A stretch of DNA of 64,000 bases from the human T2T-CHM13v2.0 reference genome, Homo sapiens, in the NCBI RefSeq assembly GCF_009914755.1, contig NC_060942.1; one strand, given 5' to 3'. Positions 26,005-39,684 of this stretch are shown here, in pieces. Under the pieces are notes generated by a model. That model saw nothing but the letters and a program-made list of their open reading frames with translations, was not told where the DNA came from and did no database searches. The stretch's first letter is position 1. Each line of letters starts with the position of its first letter. Both the position numbers and the translations under genes were made by a program.

Positions 26005-26690
26005 AAGTTTTTAAGTTTCTAATATGGAAACTTTCAAATTATACAAAAGTAGACAGAATAGTATAGTATATTCCCAGGAACCCCTGCACCCAGTTTCAAC
26101 AATGATGGATTCATGGCCAGTCTTGTTTCCACTGTACTCCACCCGCTTTCTCCTTTCCTCTGCAGCTTTACAGCAATTTCTACATATTACAGTATTTTGT
26201 CTATCAATATTTCCATATGTATTTCTAAAATATAAGAATTCTTTAAAAATAACAATGCCCTAAACATACTTCAGCAAACATGATTAATAATGTCCTAATA
26301 CTCTCAGATATTGTATCCAAATCTCTAATGATCTCATGAGATGCCATACATTTATTTTTATGGTTTGTTTGAATCAGAATTTAAAGTTGTGATTAATTGA
26401 TATGTCTCCAGTTTTTTAAAAATCCATAGATTTCTTATCTCTTTTTTGTAATTAATTTGTTTAAGGAATCAGGTTGTTTTCTCTGTAGAGTTTCCCACAG
26501 TCTGTATTTTTCTAATCAAATCCCTATGCGTCATGTATTTTTTGTGTTCTCTGACTGCTGAATTTCCTCTAAATTGGTCATTGCATTTAGAAGCTTGATA
26601 AGATTCTGGTTTGACATTTTTGGCAAGGTTGGGTGCACTTACTGTCTGGCTGTGTCTCTGTTTGATGTTAGAGGATGTTGATGATCAATA
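26005..26690 (-). mobile_element. L1MC/L1ME 3' fragment
   Basis: atacaaaagtagacagaatagtatagt...ctgtagagtttcccacagtctg. Confidence 0.65.
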
Positions 26691-27086
26691 TGGCCTTAGG
26701 TTGACATCCCCAAAATAGACCCAGAGACAAGGATCACTGTGAACGTGACCATGTAGCACCTCAGGAGACCAGGAAGGTGGTGCAGGAAGCAAAATAGGCA
26801 GGAGAGGACACCCAGCAAGAGCATGATCTCAGGCAAAATCCCAGAGGGCAGTTTCTTTCCGATCCACAGGGAAACTCAGCCGTGTAGGTTACACTTCAGA
26901 ACTGCACTGACTCAAGGCAAGGGATCTAGGTTTTAGCATGCCTGTACTTTTCAGTGATTGCTCAAGAGTTTCTGCAGAGGTGGGCACTGTTCAGCACTAG
27001 CAGCTCTGTGTATGTCTGGAGCAGGTTGCACAAAACAGTAATGAGAGATCAGAAGGGTCAGAGTGGAGCTTCCAGATCATCTGCAT
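26690..27086 (-). mobile_element. LTR33/LTR16-like ERVL LTR
   Basis: cttaggttgacatccccaaaatagacccagagacaaggat. Confidence 0.5.
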
Positions 27087-27254
27087 ATGAGGGGAAGTTT
27101 GACCAATTATGTTAAAATATCTTACTTTGCAAATACTCCAAAAAGATATGAGCATGTAAGCATATTCCTAGATGGGCCTTAGAAAGGGCCCATAACAGTG
27201 AGGGTCCCTGACACTTACGCTTCTTTAGCTTCAAGATAAATCCACCTTTGTAGT

Positions 27255-29080
27255 GAGGAAGAAAGAAAACAAGAGATTGTGGTGTCCTGGACGATAAGAA
27301 GAGAGTGTGTTTGAAAAAGAGAGTGATGATGTGTTTTAAGATCCTGCGACTCATCAGATCTGTTGGTCTTATTGCCTTTTCATTGTCCTTTGCCTACTTT
27401 GTGTCTTCACATTCCCCACAGTCCAGCTTAGAGTTCATGATCCAGAATTAAAAGCACTCTCAACTCCTTCGCCTCTGTTGATGGGTCAGGAAGATGAAGA
27501 CCTTTGGATTTGGCTATGTGGAGATTATTAGAGACCTTCAGAAAAGTAGTAAAGGTGGAGTATTAAGAACAAAAGCCTAATCAGAGTGACTTCGTATAGA
27601 AATTGTAGGAGGAGAGAGATTGGAGAGAAGCAGAGATATCCCTCAGTGTCCATGGGGGATTGGTTCTAGAACCCTCTTCAGATGCCAAAATCTGTGGATG
27701 CTCAAGTCGCTGACATAAAATGGTGTAGTATCTACAAACAACCTACATATACTGCTGATATACTTTAAATCATCTCTAGATTATTTGTAATACCTCATAC
27801 AAGCTTAGTGCTAGTGAATACTTGCCATACTATATTTTTTTATTCATGCGATTTTTTATTGTTGTATTAAAAAAATTTTAGACTCAGGGTCTTGCTCTGT
27901 CACCCAGGCTGGAATGCAGTGGTACAATCATAGCTTACTGCAGCCTCAAACTCCTGCACTCAAGCAATCCTCCCATCTTGGCCTCCCAAAATGTTGGGAT
28001 TACAGGTGTGAGCCACTGCACCCAACCTGGTTTTTGTTTTTTTGTTTTGTTTTGTTTTCTCTGCTTTTCAAATATTTTTGGTTCTCAGTTGGTTGAATCT
28101 GCAAATACAGAACCCTCGGGTATGGAGGGCCAAATGTATAGCACATTTTTTCATGGGGTTTTGTTGAAATGGATGACAAAGTAATGAAGCGATTGCTGGA
28201 CAGAAATGTGGAGTTAAAGGTTTGTTTATTAGAAGATGGGGAAAGTAATACATTTGTCTGCTGAAGGGAATGATCCTATAGAAAGGGGTACAGAGGGTAG
28301 AATGGCTAGATATTTACTCCCGATTAAGTGAGAGCAGACAGAACCTATCGGACAAGTGGAAGGGTTGACCTGAGATAGGAACATTTAAGGTTCATCCCCA
28401 ACAACAGGAGGGACACCAGATGGAGGTGAGTAGGTGGTAGATTTGGGAATGAGAGCAGAAGAAAGTTAAATAATGTCTTCACCTGAGCTTGTAGAGAAGC
28501 AGGTGTGGGAGGCTTGAGGAAAGTGAGAACAGGTGTCTAGGAGAGCTAGATAGTGAATTAACTAGCGAAATGTAGCAGGATTTCCATGCAGCTCTCAGGG
28601 CCCACATGAAGCTGTCAGTTATGAATTTAGAGTGAGGCCAACCAGCATGGCTGGGTGTTGTTCTTCAACCATGATCAGCTGTGGGCTGTAGGAGTGAATA
28701 GGCAAAGAAGTGGCTAGCCAAAGTTGAAGTTTTTCTAGGCAGGTTAGAGACAGAGGCAAAGGAGATGAGAGTGCTTGTAATTCTGGGTCATGGACTCTAA
28801 GCTGGATAATGGGGTGTGTGAAAACATGAAGTGATAAGGGACAGTAAAAAGGCAATAAGACCAAGAGATGTGATAAGTTGCGAGATTACTAGGCTTCCAG
28901 GAAGAGTGTGCTGGAAGGTGAACAATGAGTTCACTTCTACTTGAGATCGTGGAAATTGCGGAGTTAACGGTTACAACAAAGTCTAAGGTTTGGCCACGGC
29001 AGTGGACGGCTGAAAGAGAGTGGGGAACACATTACTGACACAGAGAAGAAACCAGGCTCATCCATATGGCTATTGTAATT
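27255..29080 (-). mobile_element. L2 fragment
   Basis: ttggatttggctatgtggagatt...gctgaagggaatgatcctatag. Confidence 0.6.
27631..28139. mobile_element. MER2 (TcMar-Tigger) with nested Alu fragment (about 27875-28030)
   Basis: ccctcagtgtccatgggggattggttc...gggtatggagggccaaatgta. Confidence 0.85.
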
Positions 29081-29199
29081 ATTGAATCACAAATTAATAT
29101 CTTGTGGCCAATTACTAAGGAAGCTCATTCCTATAGCATCCGTGTCCCTCCCATCTTGCACAATTATCAAAAAGACCATTGTTTCTCAGTTAGTTTTAG

Positions 29200-29289
29200 C
29201 TGAAGCAGATCTTACAGGATGCTTTGTGAACAGTTTGCTCAATCAATGCAAATAAGACAACGTTGCAGGACACTGAGGCCCCGTACCAG
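29200..29289 (+). pseudogene. Decayed exon, GREB1-like region upstream of TAGT domain 2
   Basis: Acceptor gttttag|, donor cag|gcaact; 90 nt, phase 0 to 0; LKQILQDAL*TVCSINANKTTLQDTEAPYQ. Confidence 0.55.
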
Positions 29290-30653
29290 GCAACTTGTGT
29301 CCTTTACATTATGCCTTTTGGAAATGAATGTCCTCAAGCTGTATAAATTTTAGTTTTGCCATTTACCTCCTAAAATATTACCACCTATAAATACTGAGAC
29401 ATTTTCAGTTTTTCATAGATGAGTTCATCCATCTGGTGCTGAGCTTTTCTCTACAGAAAGCTAAAATCCCTGTGGTCATCTACTGGCATTTGTGCCCATA
29501 GACTGGCTCTCCTTTCTTGTAACTATGGATGAACTCTGTATGCTCCTAAGGTCAGAATGTGCTCAGAACAAAGCCATTTATGACAGGAGGGAGCTACCAA
29601 GGGCCCTGGTACTTGATCCAGGGTCCTGGTGCAAGGGTCCAGCTTCTCACAGAGAAACCTCTAGGTCATTTAGACTCACCTGTCTCTCACCAAGTCCTGG
29701 CTTTTGCCAAATTCTCACTGTTTTCCTGTCACATTTTTCAACTCTGCCCCACCTCTCTCCCTGTACTTTTTTGAAGCCATGGTTCTTCCAAAGAAATAAA
29801 AAATGTGGTTAAAACAAACATCTAGACAGACTCTAAGAATGATAAGCCTAAGACTCTAAGAAAGATAAGCCAAGTCTCAAAAACAACCAGAGCCTAGACA
29901 GGAAGGAGTGAAGGAAGAATGGTGAGCTTTGCTTTGGATGGTGGGAGTATCAGGTCCTAGGATGGAGAAGGTTGAGCTGGTGCGTGGATGGATATGACCT
30001 CAGATTTTTTGTTTGTTAGTTTTGAGGTTTTTTTTGCAAGATCATCTCACTGCCAGCATCTTCCAAATCACACTGGCAGGGGAAAGGAAAAATCTCAGGG
30101 AACCAAGATTCCCTGCTCTCTCCATAACCACAGCTCACATCATGACCTTATTGCAACTTTCTTCTTTATGGCACCTTCAACTGGCATCCATACCAGTTAT
30201 GGCTGCGTTAGTTTGAAATGTTGCAGCCAAGATTGTCTCTTTCCCCATTCCTTGTCAGACTCTGACTTAGAATTAGTTTCTTTGGGATAGGACCTTACCA
30301 AATACTTCCAGATCCTTATGGAGCACCCTGGGATAATCGTGCTTCCTTTGAGTACATTCAAACTCCTCTGCTTACCTCAGAAACCAAGTGCCCAGCATCC
30401 CTCTTCCATCTCAGAACATTTCTCTAGAGCTCACCTTCTTGCAAGGAACTGATTACCCATCCCTACTCCCCAAGATCTCTAGTCATCATTTATAAATCTC
30501 AAACTCATGGAGGAAGTCTCTTGCCCGCAGACCGAACGATGACATTGATTTCCAAGTACCTATCTCTATGACATTCTTGCTTCCCACCCAACCAAAGTGC
30601 TTTCCCTTTTCCTTGCATGGCTCTTTCCCTGTTGGCCTTTGGCTCTCTGGAAG

Positions 30654-30800
30654 GGCAACAAGAAGTGGCTTCGCTACTTCACATTCCAGAAGATTGAGGA
30701 CCCAGTCTATGAAGTCAATCCTAACATGAGCCTGAGGTTAAATATGGAGATGACCCTGACATCCAGAAACAGAATTTTCACCCGAAAATTTGTCTTTGAG
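30654..30800 (+). pseudogene. Open 147-nt exon, GREB1-like
   Basis: Pyrimidine tract then aag|, donor gag|gtacag; phase 0 to 0; joined reading YQ|GNKKWLRYFTF...RKFVFE resembles recalled GREB1 YQLYESTLHAFAF...HHFVFS. Confidence 0.65.
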
Positions 30801-31269
30801 GTACAGTGAGCCACTGGATGAGACACAAACAGCAGGACTGAAAACAGCTGTCTGTTGTTGTGTACCTAAAGTACAGTTTTCAGTTCGCATTTGGAAATTG
30901 TGGCAATATACAATTTTTCTCTGATTTTTTTCTTGTAACAGTAACATTGTTTTAGTAAAATTATTGTAGAAAAATTGAAAAACAAAAAAGTTTACAAAAG
31001 AAAATGAAACTACCTTTAATCCCACTAAACAGAAATAATTGCTCTTATTATTTTAGTGTATTTCTGCCTATGTGGAATATATTATTTAGGTTAATTTATA
31101 TACACATGATATGAATTGTTTACTATTATAAATAATTTCAATTATTTTGCTGAGTTACTCTGTGTCCCTGAGAATCCTAAAGAACAGTGTTATGCTTCAC
31201 TATGTAAACTCTTATATTAAAAAAAAATTAGTGAACTGTTATCTGACTACTCCTACAGAAAAGTTATGG

Positions 31270-31514
31270 CAGATTCTGAGAGCAACTGAGCTGAGTACTG
31301 ATCTACTCTCTACCACTTAGCAGCCCTATGACTTTGGTCAAGTTTCTTAAATCTTCTGTGCCTCAGTTTCCTTTTATTTAACATGGGGATAATAACATAC
31401 CTACTTTAAAGAGTTGATGTGGCAGTTAAAGGAGAAATGGCATGTAAATTGTGTAGACCAGTATCTGGTATGCAGTAAGTAGTAAATAAAAATTATTAGC
31501 ATTATTTTATATAC

Positions 31515-31545
<31 letters not shown>

Positions 31546-31830
31546 GAGATGGAGTCTTGCTCTGTCACCCAGGCTGGAGCCCAGTGGCATGATCTCTGCT
31601 CACTGCAACCTCCACCTCCCGGGTTCAAGCAGTTCTCTGCCTCAGCCTCCTGAGCAGCTGGGATTACAGGTGCCCGCCACCACGCCTGGCTAATTTTTGT
31701 ATTTTTAGTAAAGACGTGGTTTCACCATCTTGGCCAGGCTGGTGTTGAACTCCTGGCCTCGTGATCCACCCGCCTTGGCCTCCCAAAGTGCTACATGAGC
31801 CACCACACCCAGCTGGCATTATTATCTTTA
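31270..31830. mobile_element. MIR (+) interrupted by AluS (-) at about 31520-31814
   Basis: MIR core gactttggtcaagtttcttaaatcttctgtgcctcagtttcc; reverse Alu with (TA)n/T tail. Confidence 0.85.
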
Positions 31831-32339
31831 TCTTACCACAAGGCTTCTTTAAAAATGAGTGAGTGGATTTATAATAAAGCACTGATCCTGTAATACAACT
31901 TATATAAAGGTTGATAAGAGTTGAGGCTGAACAGCAAATTATTCAAGGTTTTAGTGAATTGAGAACTGAACAGCAAAAATTTCCTGAAGGCCGTATAGTG
32001 TAATGGTCAAAAGCATGAGTTTTGGATAAAAACAAAGATTTGTTTTCCCAATTCTTAATAATAAAAATAAAAATGTATGTAGTCAAAACAAAGGGCTAGG
32101 CATTATTCTCAGAGCTTTGCTTGTATTATCTCACTTTAGCCTTGCAATAACCGTAATATATAAGTGCTATCACTAGTAGGAAACAGGAACAGAGAGAGGT
32201 TAAGAAATTCATAGCAGACAACAAGGCTAGTAAAAGGCAGAGCTAGGATTTGAACTCAGATGACCTTATTCTAGAGCCTCTGCTTTTAATTATTGTTATG
32301 TTGTTGTATATTTGAAAAAGTTATTTAATATCAGTGAGT

Positions 32340-33500
32340 CTCTCATTCGATTGTAGTCTTTTTCTTATGGATTTGACAGAATTATTTGTATATTCTTGAT
32401 AAAAGCCCTTTGCTAATTATATGTATTGTGAATATCTTATCTTACTCTTCTGCTCACCTTTTGACTATCTTAATAGGTCTTTTGATGAATCAAGTTTTTT
32501 ATTTTAATGTAAGAACACACATCAATATTTTCCTATACAATTGGTGTATTTTGTACCTATGTTATCTTCTAGAAATATGCATCTTTATCCCTACCTCATA
32601 CCATATCAAAAACTAAATTCCAAGTAAATTGTGATGTTGGTAGAAGATAAACCATCACAGGCTGGGCATGGTGGCTCATACCTGTAATCCCAGCACTTTG
32701 GGAGGCCAAAGCAGGCAGATCGCTTGAGGTCAGGAGTTTGAGACCAGCCTAGCCAGCATGGTGAAACTCTGTCTCTACTAAAAATACAAAAATTAACTGG
32801 GCATGGTGGCACATGCCTGTAATCCCAGCTACTCAGGAGGCTGAGGCAGGAAAATCACTTGAACCCAGGAGGCAGAGGTTTCAGTGAGCCAAGATCATGC
32901 CATTGCACTCCAGCCTAGGTGACAGAGCAAGACTGCATCTCAAAACAACAACAATAACAACAAAACCATCACAATAATTGTGGTTTAAGAATAAGTTTAC
33001 AAGCTTTGTTCTTCTTTAGGCTGTCTTCCCTATTGTTGAGTCTTTGCATTTTCAAATAAAGTTTAGAATCAGTTTACCAATTTCCACAAAATGATCTACC
33101 AGGATTTTGATTAGAATTGCATTGAACCAACAAATTAATTTGGAAAGAATTACAATTTTACAATATTGTCTCTTATAATATTAGCTCTTCCAATCCATGA
33201 ACATAGTAAATCCTTCCATTTTTAAAAGATATTCTTTAATTTATTTTAATGACACAATATAGTTTTTTTGTATGGCAGTCTTTAAAATCTTTTACTAGAT
33301 TTATCCCTAGACATTGATGTTTTGAGTTGCTTTCGAAAATGGTGTTATTTTATGTTTTATTGTACATTCAATACAATGTTGAGTAGAAGTAGAGATATCA
33401 ATAGTAGGCATTCTTGTCTTATTTCCAATCACAGGCAGGAAGTTTACAATATTTCACTATTAAATATGATGTTGGTTGTAGGTTGTAGGCACTCATTTTT
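32340..33500 (-). mobile_element. Old L1 ORF2 fragments
   Basis: ttagaatcagtttaccaattt...cttccaatccatgaacat...tttcactattaaatatgatgtt. Confidence 0.7.
32660..32962 (+). mobile_element. AluSx-like element
   Basis: Dimeric Alu; TSD aaaccatcaca. Confidence 0.95.
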
Positions 33501-33759
33501 ACCTTTTTTTCCCTAATTTTTCTACTATTTTCACATCCATTCTCTATCTTCTGTAAATTTCTTAAAAGTTCTTGTCTGCTCTTCTTATCTCTTACATTCT
33601 CTTCATTTCCTTGGGCTTATCCATTTTTCATATCTTTAATTTTAATGAGGTTTTAAGAAGGAACAAAGATAAGCATGTGTTCAAGCTACCATGTTTAATT
33701 AGGAGTCCCAGAAGGCTACACATGAAACAATCTTTTTTATAGTTGAGAAAGTTTGACTT

Positions 33760-34230
33760 TTTTAATTATTAGTTTCTTAATTGACAAATAAAAATTGTAT
33801 ATATTTATAGTGTACAACATGATGTTTTGCTGTATGTATACATTGTGAAATAACTAAATCGAGCCAATTAACATATCTATTACCTCACATACTTATCTCT
33901 TTGTGTGTGTGCTGAGAACATTTAAAATCTATTCTGAGCAACTTTCAAGTATACAATACATTGTTATTAACTATAATCCCATGTTGTACAATAGATCTGC
34001 AGAACAGATTCCTCCTAACTGAAGTTTTGTATCCTTCTACCAATTTCCCAGTCTCCTCTCCTCAACCCTGAACCTTGGTAACCACCATTCTACTCTCTGC
34101 TTCTGTGAGTTCCACATTTAAGATTCCACATATGAGTGAGATCATATAGTATTTGTCTTTCTGTGCTTGGCTTTTTCACTTAGCATAGTGTCCTCCAGTT
34201 TCATCCAGGCTGTCATAAATGATACGATTT
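33760..34230 (-). mobile_element. L1MA9-like 3' end
   Basis: aattgtatatatttatagtgtacaacatgatgtttt...tccacatatgagtgagatcat. Confidence 0.85.
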
Positions 34231-34664
34231 TTAAAATCAACTTTTTAATTAAGGTGAACTTGATTCACTGAATGAAAATTCTGCTGTGTTTCCTAAAATC
34301 CTGCAGATTTTAAAAATGTTTTCTTAATCCTCATAGATTTGAAAAAAATGTAGGAAACAGGAATATGTTATACACATAGAATTGTAGCTTCCTTAAGTGC
34401 TAAAATAATAAAGAAATTTTATTTTACAGTAATTGAAATTTAACTTTGAGGTGCCATAAGCCACTTTTATCCCAAATGGTTTTTCTTTAATAAACATTCT
34501 GCTTTTCTGCCAAGTTCAACTTTCCACTTAATGCAAGAATCCCTTTAAACACCCCTGAGTGATGTCTATCTAACCTTTGCTTAAATTCATTCTATGCTGG
34601 TGAGTTTATTACTTCTCCCATGGACACAGACAAATACTTATCTTATTTTCACACAAAAAGTAGT

Positions 34665-35178
34665 ATCACTTAGGTTTGCATTATACTGCAAATAACAGAA
34701 GAAACAACTAAACATTACCTTAAATGAAACATTCTTTTCATGTCAAAAAGGATTCCAGAGTTAGGTCATCCAAGGTTGGTTTGGCAGCTCCATGGTGCCA
34801 GGGGTAACTCACCCTATTTTGAGCTCTGTCCTCTTTCATCCGAGACCATGGCCTTCAGCTCCATTTTTGTGAGATGTTTCCTACACCTCCAGGCAGTGCT
34901 TCTGCAGTCAGGCCCAGTGAAGTGCCTGGTGAAGTGGAGAAAAAAAAAAAAGCATGACCTTTGAGATAGCTCCTTTATAAAGAGCTTTCCCAACAGCCCC
35001 ACTCGGCAACTTCCTCTTACATCTTATCGGCCAGACTACTCCACTTGGCCACCCCTAGCTGTGAGGGTTGAAGTCAACATTTTATCCGGCATATTACCAC
35101 CCTGAACAAAACTGAGGTTCCACTAGCAAAAGAGACAGGGACAATGAATTTGAGTTGGCAACGAACAGTGTGCACCAC
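34665..35178 (-). mobile_element. MLT1J/K-like LTR
   Basis: cttcctcttacatcttatcggccagact...cttggccacccctagctg. Confidence 0.6.
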
Positions 35179-35229
35179 AAAAGCTTATTCTGTTTCCCCA
35201 TATTCCCATATGCATTCCTTCCCACCTTG

Positions 35230-35520
35230 AGAGAAGAACAGTCAGAGGCTTTGGCGATAGCTAAAAGCTCAAAAGACCAATTCAGAACTGCATGGGAACT
35301 AACAGGCACAGGAGGTCAAGTGAAAACTAGAGGAATCATAGCAAACATACAGGGAAAGCAGGGCTGGCTCCGGCCTGCCCTGGGAAGGGAAGCTTCACAA
35401 AAGAATCTGTGAGGACTTCCAGCTGCTCTGGTAGAGCTGGGAGGCTGGGAATGGGCGAGATCAAGTTGAAGAATTAAATAGAAACAGCTGTTGGCTGCCT
35501 TCACCAGCCCTGAGGCGAGG
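35230..35520 (+). pseudogene. Candidate exon with cold-shock/OB-fold-like motifs (boundaries uncertain)
   Basis: KTRGIIANIQGKQGWLRP...KNL*, then after a frame change LGMG/DQVE...PSPAL. Confidence 0.35.
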
Positions 35521-36118
35521 GCTCATGCACATTCAGTGGAACGATTCCGTTTGATCCGTACACATGTAAAAATCATTGCCTCCTTCACTTTCTAAGTGCT
35601 TGGAATTATTCTTTTCCTATTAAGATTTACATTCACTAGGGCAACACATGCTTAGCAGCCAGGACTTGCAGAAGCATCGAATGCAGTACAGATAGGCATA
35701 CTGTGCTAACTTACCACCCATTACTTTAGGAGGTTCATTTTTTTGGTGGCCTGTTACATACCTTTACCTTGTGCTGGGCTCTGAGCTGAGCACATGGTTT
35801 GTTACATCATTTGTCCTCATGATAACCTTAACATTAGTTATTCCAGTTTTAAAGAGAAACCTGGGGCTCCAGAGGAAGCAGTACATTTTCCAAGGCCTCC
35901 TAGACTGTGGGTGGCAAGCCCGAGGTTCAATTACAGGTCTGATTCTGAAACCACATGCATGTAACAAAAGGCCTCTACTTGCTGCCTTGAAGCCAGAAAG
36001 GAGCTAACCTCACTTCCTCATCTACAGAAGAAAACACACGCACACACATACACACACACACACAGCCCAGAGGTGTCAAAGGACCTGCCCAAGGTTGGCA
36101 GTTAGAAAAAGCATTGGA

Positions 36119-36390
36119 GGCTGGGCACAGTGGCTCACACCTGTAATCTCAGTACTTTTGGAGGCCAGGGCTGGAGGATCATTTGAGGCCAGGAGTTTGA
36201 AACCAACATAGTGAGACCCTGGCTCTACTGAAAACTAAAAAACTTAGCCAGGTATGGTGGAACATGCCTGTAGTCCCAGACACTCAGGAGGCTGAGATGG
36301 GAGGATCCCTCAAGTCTAGGAGTTTCAGGCTGCAGTGAGCTATGATTGTACCACTGCACTCCAAACAAACAAAAAAAAGCAAAGCAAAAA
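36119..36390 (+). mobile_element. AluJ element (internally deleted)
   Basis: Diverged Alu, preceded by (CA)n at about 36035-36063. Confidence 0.9.
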
Positions 36391-36889
36391 TTTAAACCCA
36401 GTCTCCCACGTCCCTTCATTCCACCTCTTTGATACAAACTTGTAGCCTTCATAACTGATACCTGTAGTATTTTGGGAGGGCTAAGTTCCACTATTTGCCA
36501 GAGATGGACATTATTTCCAAACTTTAATGTTTCTTCAAGACATTTCGTTAGTTACATTAGCATGTTTACTTCTTAGACTAACAAAACAAATAGCTTTAAA
36601 AAGTTCACTTCGTGAATCTGTGATTAACTTGTGAAGAGTTAGGGGAAATTACCTGGGACTAGCTCTAGACACATTTTAGTTTTGCTAGTTAGCTGAAAAC
36701 CAGAAATAAGACAAAACTTCTTTAAATCCACCTTAATAACCCTTTTACCTAAAAATCTCAGAGGAACTAGTGGGGAGGCAAAAGGTGGACACTTCAGGAG
36801 ACCAGGTGAGCCACTTCTCCATGGCTTTTCATTTCAATCATTATTTGTTCCTCAGGGAAGCCTTCCAATGAAATTCCAATATAGCACAC

Positions 36890-38469
<1,580 letters not shown>

Positions 38470-38470
<1 letters not shown>

Positions 38471-38830
38471 GTCAAGCCAGGAGCTGTGTGTGAAAGGGCT
38501 TGAGATTTTATTCTGCTAGCAAGGCAACAAGGTATCTTGTCACAGTTTTATAGATACAGCCAGAAGACACAGGCTTTCTGGGTCAGAGACAAAAGACAGT
38601 TTATTACTCACAGCAATAGCAGTAGCCAGAGAAACATAATTGCATCATTTCTCTGAGCTGCAGTCCCACTGGGTGACATGAAAAGGGCCAAGTGTTGCTG
38701 CACATGCAGTGGGGTGCATTGTAGGAGAGGAAACCTTGAGATTCAGAAACCCTGACTTTGCACAGGGGCTGCTGGCAAACATGCTGCTACTCCTCTCTGG
38801 AGACAGGTGCCCCCACCAGGATTTCTGTGA
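38470..38830 (-). mobile_element. MER77/MER21-family LTR fragment
   Basis: gggtcagagacaaaagacagtttattactcacagcaatagcagtagcc. Confidence 0.55.
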
Positions 38831-38869
38831 AGAAAACTAAGTCAACGTTTTATTGGCTCTGGTTGTCAA

Positions 38870-39440
38870 GTGTACACCTTTCCTATTGCAGCATAACACA
38901 TGATCACAGATTTAGCCATGTAAAACAACACCCGGTTATTATCTCACAGTTTCTATAGGTCAGAAGTTTGGGCATGGCAAGTGGGACTATTTGGGGTCTC
39001 ACAAAGCTGAAATCAGGGTCTCGGCTGAGCTACATTCTTATCTGGAGCTTTAAGTTCTCTTCCAAGTTCATTTGAGGTGTTGGCAGATTTAGTTCCTGTG
39101 GCTACAGGATTGAGTCCCACTTTCTTGCTGGCTATTAGCCATTATTATTAGTAGTAGCTATTATTATTATTATTATTAAACTATTAGCTCTTAGTCCTTG
39201 AGGCTGCCGTCAGGCCCTGGCCATGTGGCCCTTCCACAACATAGCAGTTCACGTCTTCAAAGGCAGCAGAAGATCCCCCCTCCAGTCTGCTATGATGGCA
39301 TCTTAGATAACATAGCCTAAGGGAGAGAGTATCCTATAATATTCACTGGTACTAACCCCACTCAAGGTGGGGGGATCATATACAGTCTTTACACTATGGG
39401 GCAAAAATATTGGGGGCCATCTTATGATTCTGCCTGTCAA
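38870..39440 (-). mobile_element. MLT1D/E LTR
   Basis: ttattatctcacagtttctataggtcagaagtttggg...gggggccatctta. Confidence 0.75.
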
Positions 39441-39684
39441 GGAGAGGTAACTTGGAAGTCATAATTAAGCTTGAATATTTGCTTCACTGATTGGATTTGT
39501 TTTAACCTTAGTTAATAAACAGATAAGGATTCAAACTGAAAGCATTAATTTTCACTATACCCTCACAGACAATACTAGTAAAAGCCATTTTTGTCAAGCG
39601 ACACCTATAATTAAAGGAACTGGACAATAAGGTTAAGCCCTGAATTGCTAGAGAATTTTCTGCTAAGCTGGTCTAGAAATTCTA

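Noticed and set aside
30654-30800. IPT/TIG domain as in MET (EDPVYEVNP)
   Set aside because: Similarity is confined to about 9 residues; the following GG/T-I-T-G motif is absent.
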